Shown here: positions 12,562 to 24,644 of the stretch, in pieces | Numbering within the stretch: the first letter of the stretch is position 1 | Layout of the letters: every line of letters starts with the position of its first letter | Source of the DNA: Nemertoderma westbladi | Lineage: Eukaryota > Animalia > Xenacoelomorpha | Assembly: GCA_032718475.1 (NCBI GenBank) | Contig: JAUCBJ010005263.1 | Span: 1-36,144, forward strand | Direction of reading: 5' to 3' | Length of the DNA: 36,144 nt | Program-made: the position numbers and the translations under genes | Notes under the pieces: model-generated | Told to the model about the DNA's origin: nothing | The model's input: the letters and a program-made list of their open reading frames with translations, nothing else | Database searches by the model: none

Positions 12562-14249
12562 AAAAATAGTGCCGTTTACTATATTACATAGGCGTGGTAA
12601 ATTAATTTTAACTTACTAACTCCAATATTATACGATTTTCCCGTATAGAATTCGTTTATTGTAGTTATCCATCCCAACGTACAGAGTAAACTCACAAATA
12701 TATTCAATTATCTTGCCTTTCAATAAATTAGTGCTTTCCTTTAATTGTGCCACTTTTTATTTTCCTTTTATTTCACAACTTATTTTATATTATATATATA
12801 TTATATTTATGGCAACTACTTTATTAGTGTATCAAATTGAATGTACAATCATTAAATATGACCCTAATTTTATGTTCCTCGTTACGTACCGGTATTTGAT
12901 AGACCTGTGTGATTTATTAAGCTAGTTTACCCCGTGGTAATTTACTGTGCCCTCTCTTTAACATGATAAATAATATCCCCTCTACCCTATCCGTAGCTAA
13001 ATCAATTCCCCCAGATTACCATCATTCCTTCTGGTAACAATTTATTATGTGTCAGTTTGACCCAAATTATCATTCCGGCGCATTAGTTCCCAAGATAATC
13101 GGGTCTTTCATTGTCTATTCACTGGAAATTCATAGTTTTTTTATTTAAAAATAAGTTCTTAAATTAATTCATTATTATTAATCACTTTTGGCGAGGCGAC
13201 ACGTACGTTCAAATGGGGGGTGGGGGGTGAATATGAAATCGTGGTACCTAAATGCGACATATTGTTGGACAGTTCAGTTGTATATTAAATTGCATATTGC
13301 AGAATTCAGTGCAGAGTGTGTTTACGATACATATTATAGGTAACTTATTAGCTGCCTATAAATTTATCGGAGAAATGTTTAATATGTAAACAACTCTTCA
13401 AGATGATTTATTATAATGATTTGCTTTGTGTCGTTATTGAGTTATTTTTAATGACATTTTGTCGATGATTCACGTTGTAGTTGAACCATCGCGGTAACAC
13501 TCTTTGTGCCTTCGGGATGCCACAGCATGCTTCCCTGTTTCACGGTAGGTCGCTTTCTCGCTTTTGTTCTCAATGTCGTAAGCGCACCATGTGATCTCTG
13601 TGTTATCGTATAATAATAGTGATAGGTTGTGAAAATGGGGATATTTCGCGATTAGATTGGGTAAACTAGCTTCGGCGTAATTAAGGACGAGTAAAATCTC
13701 GCATAGTGGAACAAAGGTAATGCTGTTATTATTATGGGTGGGTGCACTTAGATTTTGCCAGGTGCGTGTGTAGTGGATGTAGCCTTATGAGAAATAATTT
13801 ATATATTATTTCGCAGGATTTTCTATTTCGTAATACTGTAGCATTCACTGGTACAATAACCTTGTTGGCCGTGGACTAATTACAAGCGACTTATTATTAC
13901 AGTGGTATTATTTGTACATTGTTAGTATGTATCTTATTTTATTTTAAAATATGGAATGAATTCGAGAGCTCGATTTAATTTATTGATTATTTTAAAGAAT
14001 AAAGGAGTCAGGATGTTGCAACATATGTTTTTATTGTTCTTTTCCCAAATGGAATCATATTCCCAAACCGGCTGTCTCCAGGAAGCTTCAAAGGACTGAA
14101 CTTTCTTAATTGTATATCTATCATGGGTGGAACTGTCAGTACTCCTTGGGCGTATATGGGGTAGCAGCCTCCAGTAGCTACACATTGATTATATCTTAAT
14201 AAATTGTGTTCTTGTTTATTTCCCAAGGTTACCTCACAACTAACAAGTA

Positions 14250-14545
14250 GCTCATCTAGGGTGTGGCGAGCAGCTTCAACCTTGGTCGATAGTCACGATT
14301 TGTAGAAATATTCTCAACACAAGCTAATTTCGCTAAAAGCGGTTTCACTGGAATTCCTTCCAATTCCAATCTGCGGAATCTTTCGACAATAAATTATTAC
14401 TTAGCGTTCCGCCTCATACGGATCAAGTAATTGACGTGCTATTAGGCCCTACAATTACACTTAAATTTGACGTCCTGGAGTTCAACTTGCTCCTTTACGC
14501 AGTCCAATTAAGTCATGGGTTGGCTTAGTTCCCTGAGGCCATACC
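14250..14545 (-). mobile_element. Possible RTE-like LINE relic
   Basis: Minus-strand fragment GLRELSQPMT*LDCVKE recalls the RTE GxRxRGRPxxTWxDxVKED motif; heavily decayed. Confidence 0.3.
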
Positions 14546-14778
14546 ATGATGGGGGGGGGGGGGGGGGGGGGAGGTTACATTATTTCTATTTTTTTTTTGG
14601 ACAACACCTTTATCTTTCTTTTCAAGGTTGTCTGTCAAAAGAAAAGTGATTGGTTTTTGCTATAATTGGATTGTTGGTTCCTAAACCACAATACTAAACC
14701 TGTAGTTTATATAAATAGGTCAGTTTAGACTTGAAACCACACGGGCGGCTTCTATTAACTAACATTAATTATTTGTCT

Positions 14779-14881
14779 GGATAATAAAAATAAAATAAAT
14801 TATTGAGCGTCTTTAGCTGGTGCAGTTTATTGAGGGTATCCCGCTAAAGACCTCCAATAATTTATTTTATTTTTATCATCC
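14779..14881. repeat. Inverted repeat/hairpin with 39-bp arms and a 25-nt loop
   Basis: 14779-14817 GGATAATAAAAATAAAATAAATTATTGAGCGTCTTTAGC pairs with 14843-14881 with about 4 mismatches. Confidence 0.85.
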
Positions 14882-15135
14882 ATACACTACTGTATGTTAC
14901 CGCTGGTAGGTACAACCCATAGGACCCATATTACGTTAAACACATTTGTCTATAGTTATTCCATAATTAAATTTATCTATGTACCTCTTAGGCCACCTAC
15001 CTAGTATACGGTAAATTAGCCAGAAAATAATGAGACCAAATTTTAACGAATTTCTTGGAAAAATAACGGTCGTGTCAGGTCTGAGTCATTTATAAATCCA
15101 ATAATTGAAAGATCACATTACTTAAAAAGATTGTA

Positions 15136-17568
15136 CCCTAGTAGCACACCAACGTTCACCTCACGTTTAGAATAGTTCTAATAACGTGGATAACGTTGTT
15201 CTGATAACGTTCTAGGTGCGTTCACGGTACACGTTCATCTAGGAAGGGATTTGTCCCGCTCAAAAAACGTTGATTCGACGTCATCTTATAAACGTTAGAT
15301 ATTCGTTCTAAAATGGTCCGTTCAACTAATTATTTACCGAACTCCTTTTGAACGGTTTAATATTGTTTTGAAAAGGTTCAATAATGGTTCCTTCCAACGT
15401 TCAAAACTGTTGGTTTGAACTGTGCTTGAACTAAAAGTGTGGTTCAAAAATGCCCCCCCCCCCCCCCCCCCCCTGGACAACTGACCACCGCTGTTAGTGT
15501 AACGATTTGTGTACTGCATGACTGCAGCAAAAGTAAATAAACTGAACATGAAAACAAACATTTGCTTGTTGAAATAACACCACAAGTTTATATTGAATAT
15601 TAGCACTACTTACTTTATCACAAATATACCGAATTTACCGAACATGAGAAACATGGAAAGAAATATAACAAGGAGATAAATCAAATAGGAAATACATAAT
15701 ATATCATTAAGGTAAAAGTTAAATATATAAGTCTAGAGTTAATTATTACAGAGTTGGAGTACTGTGTAATGATATCTTTCTCTGGGTAGCATTCCTTCGT
15801 TTTCTCCTGAATTTTGTAGCTAGTCGAATCCCCACACACACTCCATCCATAATAAATTGCCTTTCCCAGCTGTAACAAAAATAAAATTTATTTAAAAATA
15901 AAAAAAATTAAAAGAAACATTTTATGCACTACTTTACTTCAAAAAAAGGAAGGAGCCGATTATATAATTATACCTAATGAATAGCATGTTGTATAAGTCA
16001 CTTTTACTCCAAGTGATATACTGTTAGGCCTATACTTTTATAAACTGTATACTCTTGCACAAATATGAAACCGAATCTTTCTAATGTGATGCTCATTTAT
16101 ACATACATGTATAATATAAATATACATATAATATATATGCCGCCTCCGCTTTGCAGGACATTGCTTTCGCCGTGAGAACCAGTGAGTCGGTGCACAATCT
16201 TGCGCTTTGACACCCCATGATTTCACCCAAGACGCCTCTTAAAGGACATTGGCTTTGGAGATGCTGATAATTATGGGGACAGGGAATTGCGGCGGTGGAA
16301 TTTTGTATATGACCTGGCATATCATTCTTTGCATGCTGCTTCACAGTAAGCCAATTGAAGGTTGCATGGTGGTGGTGGTGAAACAAATTTTTGTTATAGA
16401 TAGATAAATACTTACATACCGCATTATAAACTTGAGAGATTCAACCAAAGAATTTAAGTATTTAATTTACCGCTGTGCCATAAGCAGGCTGATCGGTAAA
16501 TTGGATCAATTTAAAAAATTTATATTTATTCAATCATATTTTTTTGCATTAATTTTATCTGTTTATAACAACAATCTTCGAATTAAATTACATGCAGTAC
16601 CGCTCATGTGATATATTAAATTACATATTTTAAAGCTAATAACTCTATGTCTAAAGTTCTGTCATATATTCGACTAGAAATAAAATTATTAACTAATAAT
16701 TAAATTTTAAATAATTACCTTTAGTCTCTTTGATGGATGGCGGCCCTTTATTATTGGTCCCGATACGGTTGAAAAGCATCACAAGATTGACCTCGATCTT
16801 CGCACTGTTCACCTATTGAATATATGTACCCCATGACGGCATGACGTATGTACCCCATGCCGTTATAAAAATATACAGCAAATAATTGAGACGCAACAAA
16901 AATTAATTTAAATTACAGTTATACAATGCAGTATGTTGTATTACACACCGTTATACAGTACTACTGTATACTTTGCTCCTGAGTTCTGTATGAACCAATA
17001 TACCACTATTTTACATCATTCAGTACTTGGGCAGTTCCAGTATTGCCTGTAATTGGATGACTCATCACAGACACTGGTTCCCATAGCGTGGGAAAGTTTG
17101 TCGTTCAGATAATTATTATTTTGAACGGAAAATGTTTAGTATTGAACCGCTATTGAACTACGGTTATGAAAAACATAGTTTGGACATTTTTTGAACGACA
17201 ATTTTAAAAATATCTGAACTGAAATTGAACTGGTTAATTTTTATTGGATAATAAACAATATTGAAACGTTCACAATAGAAAACGGAAATATAACTTGCCA
17301 TTTACAAATCGTTACTTTTCAGTTTCTGAACTCAAATTGAACTGGTTATTGCTTTGGACGCCATTCAAACGTCCAAGAACATTAACGGGAAATTAACTGA
17401 TACCATTAATGAACGTTACTTTTCAGTTGAAACACCAACACCATTTAGGCGTTATTATATGGAGACTAATTTAGAACGTTCAAATCGGGTACAGTATGTG
17501 CGACGTTTATGGAGTGGACATGTTCTCAACGTCCAAAAGCTGTGTGTGAACGTTATGTGCTACTAGGG
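15136..17568. mobile_element. Non-autonomous CMC/EnSpm-like DNA transposon, ~2.4 kb
   Basis: TIRs CCCTAGTAGCACA...AACGTTCAC / GTGAACGTT..TGTGCTACTAGGG. TA target duplication at 15134-15135 and 17569-17570. Many subterminal AACGTT motifs at both ends. Confidence 0.8.
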
Positions 17569-18448
17569 TAGGTCCTATGGGTTGTAGGTATTGTGGGTTG
17601 TAGGTCCTATGGGTTGTAGGTCCTGTGGGTTGTAGGTACTGTGGGTTGTAGCTGTATGTACTGTGGGTTGTAGATCCTATGGGTTGTAGGTACTGTGGGT
17701 TGTAGGTACTGTGGGTTGTAGGTGCTATGGGTTGTAGCTGTATGTACTGTGGGTTGTAGATCCTATGGGTTGTAGGTACTGTGGGTTGTAGGTACTGTGG
17801 GTTGTAGGTGCTATGGGTTGTAGGTACTGTGGGTTGTAGGTACTGTGGGTTGTAGGTGCTATGGGTTGTAGGTACTGTGGGTTGTAGGTCTTATGGGTTG
17901 TAGGTACTGTGGGTTGTAGGTACTGTGGGTTGTAGGTCCTATGTGTTGTAGGTACTGTGGGTTGTAGGTCCTATGGGTTGCAGCTGTATGTACTGTGGGT
18001 TGTAGGTACTGTGGGTTGTAGGTCTTATGGGTTGTAGGTGCTGTGGGTTGTAGGTGCTATGGGTTGCAGCTGTATGTACTGTGGGTTGTAGGTACTGTGG
18101 GTTGTAGGTCTTATGGGTTGTAGGTGCTGTGGGTTGTAGGTGCTGTGGGTTGTAGGTGCTCTGGGTTGTAGGTACTGTGGGTTGTAGGTACTGTGGGTTG
18201 TAGGTAATGTGGGTTGTAGGTACTGTGGGTTGTAGGTACTGTGGGTTGTAGGTCCTATGGGTTGTAGGTCCTATGGGTTGTAGGTCCTATGGGTTGTAGG
18301 TACTGTGGGTTGTAGGTCCTATGGGTTGTAGGTCCTATGGGTTGTAGGTCCTATGGGTTGTAGGTCCTATGGGTTGTAGGTACTGTGGGTTGTAGGTCCT
18401 ATAGGTTGTAGGTACAACTGTGGGTTGTAGGTCCTATGGGTGGAAGAT

Positions 18449-20228
18449 AACTATGCTTATTCCCCAGAAGTTAGTTATTTTCCCAGTTATTTAACCCGCG
18501 GGCAGGAAACAACCCGAGGGCGAAGCCCGAGGGTGTTCCTGCCCAAGGGTTAAATAACTGGGAAAATAACTAACTTCTGGGGAATAAGTAAGTTGTTACA
18601 CATTAATTATGGTATGCATTTCGATTATTTTTATCCCTTAACAACTATTTACAGATTCTAAAAGGGCATTGTTTGGGGGGAGAGTTTACAAAATGGGGCT
18701 TGGGAAGTTTTGGGGGTGTTTATATTGATTTTGCCCAGTTATTTTGCCCAAGGGAATAATAACACCCAAGCTCCAAAGGTAAAACATTAGGCCTACTGTG
18801 TCATGTGTGTTGTATAGCTCTATGCTTAATTAATCCAATCGCCGTAAGATTCGATCATCAAAAAAGCACCTGAATTTGTTAGTGAATATTGATGTCAAAC
18901 TTATTTAAATGGTTTACATTCTAAAATTCCTATTTTCTTACATTGGCCGCTAGGGGTAACACATATTTTCACATTTACATCTTTCGCCGGGAAAACTAAG
19001 TTCAATGCAATCCTAGGCCTACTGTATGATTAACTATTATTCCCTAGGGAAAAAAGTAGGTACTTCTTTTTCTCCACATTTTGAGCTATATTTAAGTTAA
19101 CTAAATAGTAATTAATATTCCCATAGTAACGGGTTGTTATGCCAGTTTTAAAAGAAGGATGTCACTTAGAGTCAACCAACACCTATCTCCGCTCCACTAT
19201 ATCAAAGTATGGTCTAGAAAATGTAGTGTTGGCTAAGAACTGCATAAAAGTAAAGTAAAGTTATATTTAAACGTGTAAGAAGAAACACCCGAGGCAACAA
19301 CCCAAAGGCTCCATTATCTTGGCTATTATCTGTAACGCAGGGAAGGCACCACACTACTCCCAAGGTCGAGTACTCTGGTTATCTAACCATATTCTTTACT
19401 CCTTAACTCATGACAGGTTGCCATTAGCCTACAGTACAACTGGAAGCTAGCAAAAATTTGGCTGTTCTGGGGCTTGAACACCAGACCTTCCGCATAGAAG
19501 ACCGGTTAATACTTTTTTTTTACTTTACTTTTATATTAAAACGTTTCAATGTCTGTATTAAAAAGGAAAAGGCAGAAAGAGGCGAACGTATTTAAACGAC
19601 ATTCTTAGATAGGCCTATCTTTTTTTAACATTTAGGAGGAAGGAACTGGAGAAACGCCTCACTGCAGTACGAGGTAGTACGGTACCTTGCAGCCTATATA
19701 AATACAGGCCAAACTAGACCTACCTGCAGGGCTGCAGGCTGCAGACCTGGTACGGTGCGACTCTGGACTGTGACACTATGTAGGCCTACTGTACCGGTAC
19801 CTCTTAATTTGCTGTGGAAATTGAAAGTTTAGTCATAGATCAGTGCCATCAGTATAATTCGTCAGTATGAGTATGACAAATGAGGTGATTAATGAGACAT
19901 AAATAGGCCTTGCTGTCTAGTGGAGCACAGCCCAATAATAATGAAACATGAAATACAAAACGCCCAATAATAATGAAACATGAAGTACAAAACTAGTCGG
20001 TGGTCTGAATACCTGATTTACACCTGATGTGACACACAACAGACCTAAGACGAGTACAGCAGCATTACCGGTTCCTATGTTTATTGTATGTCAGTATGTG
20101 GTGTCACGATAAACACTTCACTACTAAGAGGGAATAACATGGTTATTTTGCCCTAGGGCAAAATAACTTTTTTGGCCGTAGCCCAGCATTAGGGGTAGTT
20201 ATCATCCCGCTAATAAATGTGTAACAAC
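18449..20228 (+). mobile_element. Non-autonomous Crypton-like element with a 5-prime hairpin, ~1.8 kb
   Basis: Interrupts the minisatellite at GGAAGATAAC|GT, with AAC at both ends and empty sites at 20407 and 20586. Perfect 42-bp arms 18456-18497/18547-18588. Right end 20211-20228 is complementary to 18592-18609. No ORF, so the Crypton assignment rests on architectural similarity to 28583-32296. Confidence 0.75.
19250..19510 (-). mobile_element. Possible tRNA-derived SINE fragment nested in the Crypton-like element
   Basis: Minus strand near 19460-19500 reads GGTCTGGTGTTCAAGCCCCAG (B-box/T-arm-like). A short GTAAA repeat marks the other end. Confidence 0.35.
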
Positions 20229-20722
20229 GTTGGTTGTAGGTACTGTGGGTTGTACGTACTGTGGGTTGTAGATCCTATGGGTTGTAGGTACTGTGGGTTG
20301 TAGATCCTATGGGTTGTAGGTACTGTGGGTTGTACGTACTGTGGGTTGTAGCTGTAGGTCCTACCTATAGGTTGTAGGTACAACTGTGGGTTGTAGGTCC
20401 TATGAGTGGAAGATAACGTGGGTTGTAGGTACTATGGGTTGTAGGTACTGTGGGTTGTAGGTACTGTGGGTTGTAGGTACTGTGGGTTGTAGGTCCTATG
20501 GGTTGTAGGTCCTATGGGTTGTAGGTACTGTGGGTTGTAGGTCCTATAGGTTGTAGGTACAACTGTGGGTTGTAGGTCCTATGGGTGGAAGATAACGTGG
20601 GTTGTAGGTACTATGGGTTGTACGTAGTGTGGGTGTAAACCCCCAGAGCAGCTGGTGCGAATGAACTTATTCACTCTAGGCATCAAGCAGCTAAGGAGGT
20701 AAGTTAAATGGAGCCAAAACAG

Positions 20723-21275
20723 GGATGCAGTCCCTTGCCCAATAAAAAAATATTATAGGTCACTTGCCCAATATATTTCATTTTTAACCGAAAGTAGGTC
20801 ACTTTACCAATAGGTCACTTGCCCAAAACTCGACTTACAGAATAAGTCACTTGCCCAATAAGTTTTTTGAGACCATAATTTCCATTCACTACGTATTCTG
20901 CCTGTTACTACTCCTACTACATCACATAATCAGATAGTGGCGCACATTGAGCGCAAGTGAAAATAGTGATCCTCTGCGCAAATTGAGCGCAAGTGAATTA
21001 ATTTATAGTTTATTGTTTTGGTTAGAAAACACCGCCACTGTAACGTGCTCCTTTCCATTATTGTTCTTAATTAAATAAAGCTAAATCTCAAAATATTGGG
21101 CAAGTGCCCTATTCGAAAACTGGCCTATTGGGCAAGTGTCCTATTGGGAAAGTGACCATATCAGATCTAGTTATTGGGGAAGTGACTCATACGGAAAGTG
21201 TCTTAAGGTAAATATTATTGGGCAAAAGTCTCATTGGGGAAGTGTCACTCACTATTGGACATCTGACACTTAACC
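20723..21275. mobile_element. MULE-like foldback/MITE with a 9-bp TSD and GTCACTTGCCCAAT subterminal repeats
   Basis: TSD CCAAAACAG (20714-20722) / CCAATACAG (21276-21284). GG...CC ends. Left-arm GTCACTTGCCCAAT units are mirrored by ATTGGGCAAGTGAC units. An empty-site copy AAGTTAAATGGAGCCAATACAG lies at ~21472-21493. Confidence 0.75.
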
Positions 21276-21486
21276 CCAATACAGAGCGTACAGTATAGCA
21301 GCCCGGCTTACTACAACTGTACACACAGGTAGCTCAATTAATAGGCAGCAAGGCAGGCCAGGCCCTACGGCTACACACATACACTTCATCCGTTCGTTCA
21401 ATACGTAATGCCCTGTCCCTGTCTGATTGATAGACTGAATCGGAATGTGGCCTATATTAACCTGACCACACAAGTTAAATGGAGCC

Positions 21487-21519
<33 letters not shown>

Positions 21520-21615
21520 TGTACAGTAGAGCAGCCCGGATTACTAGCTCATTATAATGCCCTGTCAGATTGATAGACTGAATCGGAATGTGGCTTATAT
21601 TAACCTGACTACACA
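21276..21615. repeat. Tandem duplication (~210-bp offset) with an (AG)14 microsatellite at 21492-21519 in the second copy
   Basis: CCAATACAGAG...TACAGTA.AGCAGCCCGG and TAATGCCCTGTC...GATTGATAGACTGAATCGGAATGTGG..TATATTAACCTGAC.ACACA each occur twice. Confidence 0.8.
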
Positions 21616-21859
21616 GCCAGCCTCAGCAATTAACTGGCGGCAATTACAGTATTACTGTATATTACTAAATAGAAAATAGAACCATTAATTAAGCTACTAC
21701 TACAGCAGTATTCAGTATAAAGCTACTACTACATGCATTTTATTTTGTTGTAAGTAACTTTTTGTGAAAGTCGTTAACAAGTTTGACAAAAAACTTTTTT
21801 TTATCAACAAAAAAAGGTAATGTTGAATTTAATTTCAAAGAAATTTCCATGATTTTTTA

Positions 21860-24380
21860 TACTAGCTAGTTTTTACTAATTTTTATAAAAATGTTATAGA
21901 ACACGTGTTAGCCACCAAATTTGATAAATATTTTTGTTCTTAGAACACATTTTTATTTTTTTTACTAGCTAATTTTTTCTACTTTTTTTTATAAATGATC
22001 TAGAAATAGAACACGTTTTAGTTATCAATTTTGATAAATATTTTTGTTCTAGAACACATTATTTATGTTCTAGAACGCATTTACTATGTTATATCTTCTG
22101 TGAGGCATTAGCCATTGTTTTTTTATGGGTAACTAGTGATTGTTTGAGGGAGCTACTGTTTTTAAAATTACAAAACCAAATTTTTGTTACCTCGTTTTTT
22201 ATATATTTTTGGACCAAATGTTAATGTATATTATCATGATGTTTTTTGTTCTACAGCGTAAATTATTTGAAAATACTAGCTAAACTAATAAAAAGTACTA
22301 GCTAACACAAAATTAAAATTACTAGCTACCATATTACTGGCAGAAGAGAAGGTCAAATAATTGTTCTAGAACACAAAACCACATGTTAAAAGCCATTTTC
22401 ATATGAAAAAATTGGACAAAAGGTGGCTACCCATAACAAAGTAGGCAAAGTCCGCCTAATTCCAGTAAGAAAGACAAGGTAGGTACGATATTGAACCCAA
22501 TTTAAATGCCCTTAACGATAAAGATAATAAATCCTTTCTTCACATACCGAACGCTGATAAGTTGACATAATGTAACAAAATTACATACATCACTGAGTGC
22601 AAAGGTCACTTGTAAGCGTTAAAGGCCCTTGTTTGTTTATCTGAACCTCCCTCGCTCCGCTCGCTCGCTTATTTTATTTATGTTCTAGAAAAGTATATAA
22701 TACTTTTCTATTGTTCTAGAACTCTTCAATGCAGCAATGTTGCCTTAGTACAGTAGTAACAATGACATAAGTTTTAAAAACATAAGTAAATACATAAGTT
22801 CTATATGGTACTTTAGCCATATTTTTAGTGTTTTTGTTATTGGTGGATGTTCTAGAACATTAGTAGGTAATATTATTTATTATGGTAGCTAGAGTTTTTT
22901 TTACTATCTTAGTATTATTTTCTAGTTAGTATTGTTTGAAAAAATGTTTTAATACTTTTTTCTTTAATTACTTTAATATTAATACCGGTATCTAATTTCT
23001 ACTCATTCTATTATCTGAAAAAAAATTTATGCTAGAGTTCCGTATAGAACTGCAGTTTTAAAACATATGTCATTGTTACTATGGCAACATTGTTGAGTTC
23101 TAGAACAAATTAAAATTATTATATACTATTCTAGAACATAAATGAAATAAAAAATATAATGTTCTAGAACATATAGCTATTTTTTTTTAATTTTAAAATA
23201 GCTAGTAAATTTAAAAAAATATCCAATTTGGTAGATAAATTTTCTAATAAATAAATTATATAAATAAATAAATTTTTTCGTATTACTAGCTATTTTAAAT
23301 TTGAAAAATAACTAGCTATATGTTCTAGAACATTATATTATTTTTATTATTTATGCTCTACAGTAGAATAGTGTATAATACATATAATATTACATAAATA
23401 AAATAAAAAATAATAATGTTCTAAAACATATAGCTAGTTTTTTTTAATTTTAAAATAGCTAGTAAATTTAACAAATAATACAATTTGGTACCGGTAGATA
23501 AATTTTTTAATAATAATATATATAAATAATTTTTTTTTATTACTAGCTATTTTAAATTTAAAAAATAACTAGCTATATATTCTAGAACAATAATTTTTTA
23601 TTTTATTTTTGTATTAGAATAGTGTATATTATATATTTTTTGTTCTAGCACTCTTCACTGTTGCCATGGAAACAATGATTTATGTTATAAAAATGCAGTT
23701 CTATACGGAACTGTTACCAATATTTAATACTTTTTTTTTCTTTAAGTACTTTAATACAGTAATATTAATATCTAATTTCTACTCGTTCTAGTATATTAAT
23801 TGATTAGGAATAGTTCTTTAGTTCTTCAGTTTCTCCGTTAATAGAGCCAAACAAATTTCTTCAATACCAATATCAACCTCAATTGGTGTATTTTTATATG
23901 TATTTTGATGTTCAGACATAGCTAGCTAGAAAATCGTATAAAATCAAATATACAGAATATAGTTTAAATCGTATTATGTTTTTATAATGTTCTAGAATGA
24001 ATACAAATCACCATAACAATAATTGGTACTTCTGCAGTATACCCCCACACCTTGATATATGTTTTATCACTTTCCTTTACTTAGCGAGAATCAAAGAGAA
24101 AGGAAGAAAACAAATTTGAACATTTAATAAATGACATAGTACAATTGTATAAATGTTAAGAAATTGAGAGGGTGTGGGGGTATACTGCAGTAGTACCTAA
24201 TAATTTACAAAAAAAAAGTAATTTCGATATTATTATTATATTGTTTAAATACAATCCGATTTTTTTCGAAAAAAATGTTCTAGAAAAAAAAATATTTGTT
24301 GTAGAACATTATTTTTTTAAAATTAATAGCTAACATGTTCTAGAACACTGTCAAAAGATTTAGCAAAACCTAGCTAGTAT
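21860..24380. repeat. AT-rich region of nested inverted and direct repeats rich in GTTCTAGAAC and TAGCTAGTA motifs
   Basis: Hairpin ~23152-23340 is duplicated at ~23400-23610. Segment ~23032-23140 is inverted relative to ~22680-22810 and ~23610-23713. A 27-bp inverted pair lies at 24025-24051/24171-24197. Confidence 0.75.
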
Positions 24381-24644
24381 TAAAAATGTTGTGCGGGGTG
24401 TATGGCTGCCATAGTAGTACCAAATCTGATTCACCCAGTAAGAAGTTGGGGGAGGTCAAACTCATGTAATTTCATAAAAGTTTGTAGAAAATTGAAGAGG
24501 ATGGGTGGCATATGAATTAAGAGTATACATAAACAAAAAACATAGTATAAGTTACAACAACTAAATTCTAGGATTTGAATTCAATATCTGACTTACAATG
24601 TTTAAATAAATGTTAATTCAAAAGGAAATTAATCTGATGCTGAC

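Larger units (their letters stand above)
17569..20635. repeat. 16-bp minisatellite (GGGTTGTAGGTACTGT / GGGTTGTAGGTCCTAT), split by an insertion at 18449-20228
   Basis: Tandem arrays at 17569-18451 and 20229-20635. An inverted unit (TACAACCCATAGGACC) lies near 14911. Confidence 0.92.

Noticed and set aside
15680-16820. Transposase exons inside the EnSpm-like element
   Set aside because: Some splice-like signals and GC-richer patches, but no recognisable transposase motif.
19460-19505. tRNA gene (also near 29385-29425)
   Set aside because: Only a T-arm/B-box-like part is visible with no full cloverleaf; treated as SINE heads.
17569-20635. G-rich array as interstitial telomere
   Set aside because: The 16-bp unit is unlike TTAGG/TTAGGG and is better explained as a transposon-arm minisatellite.
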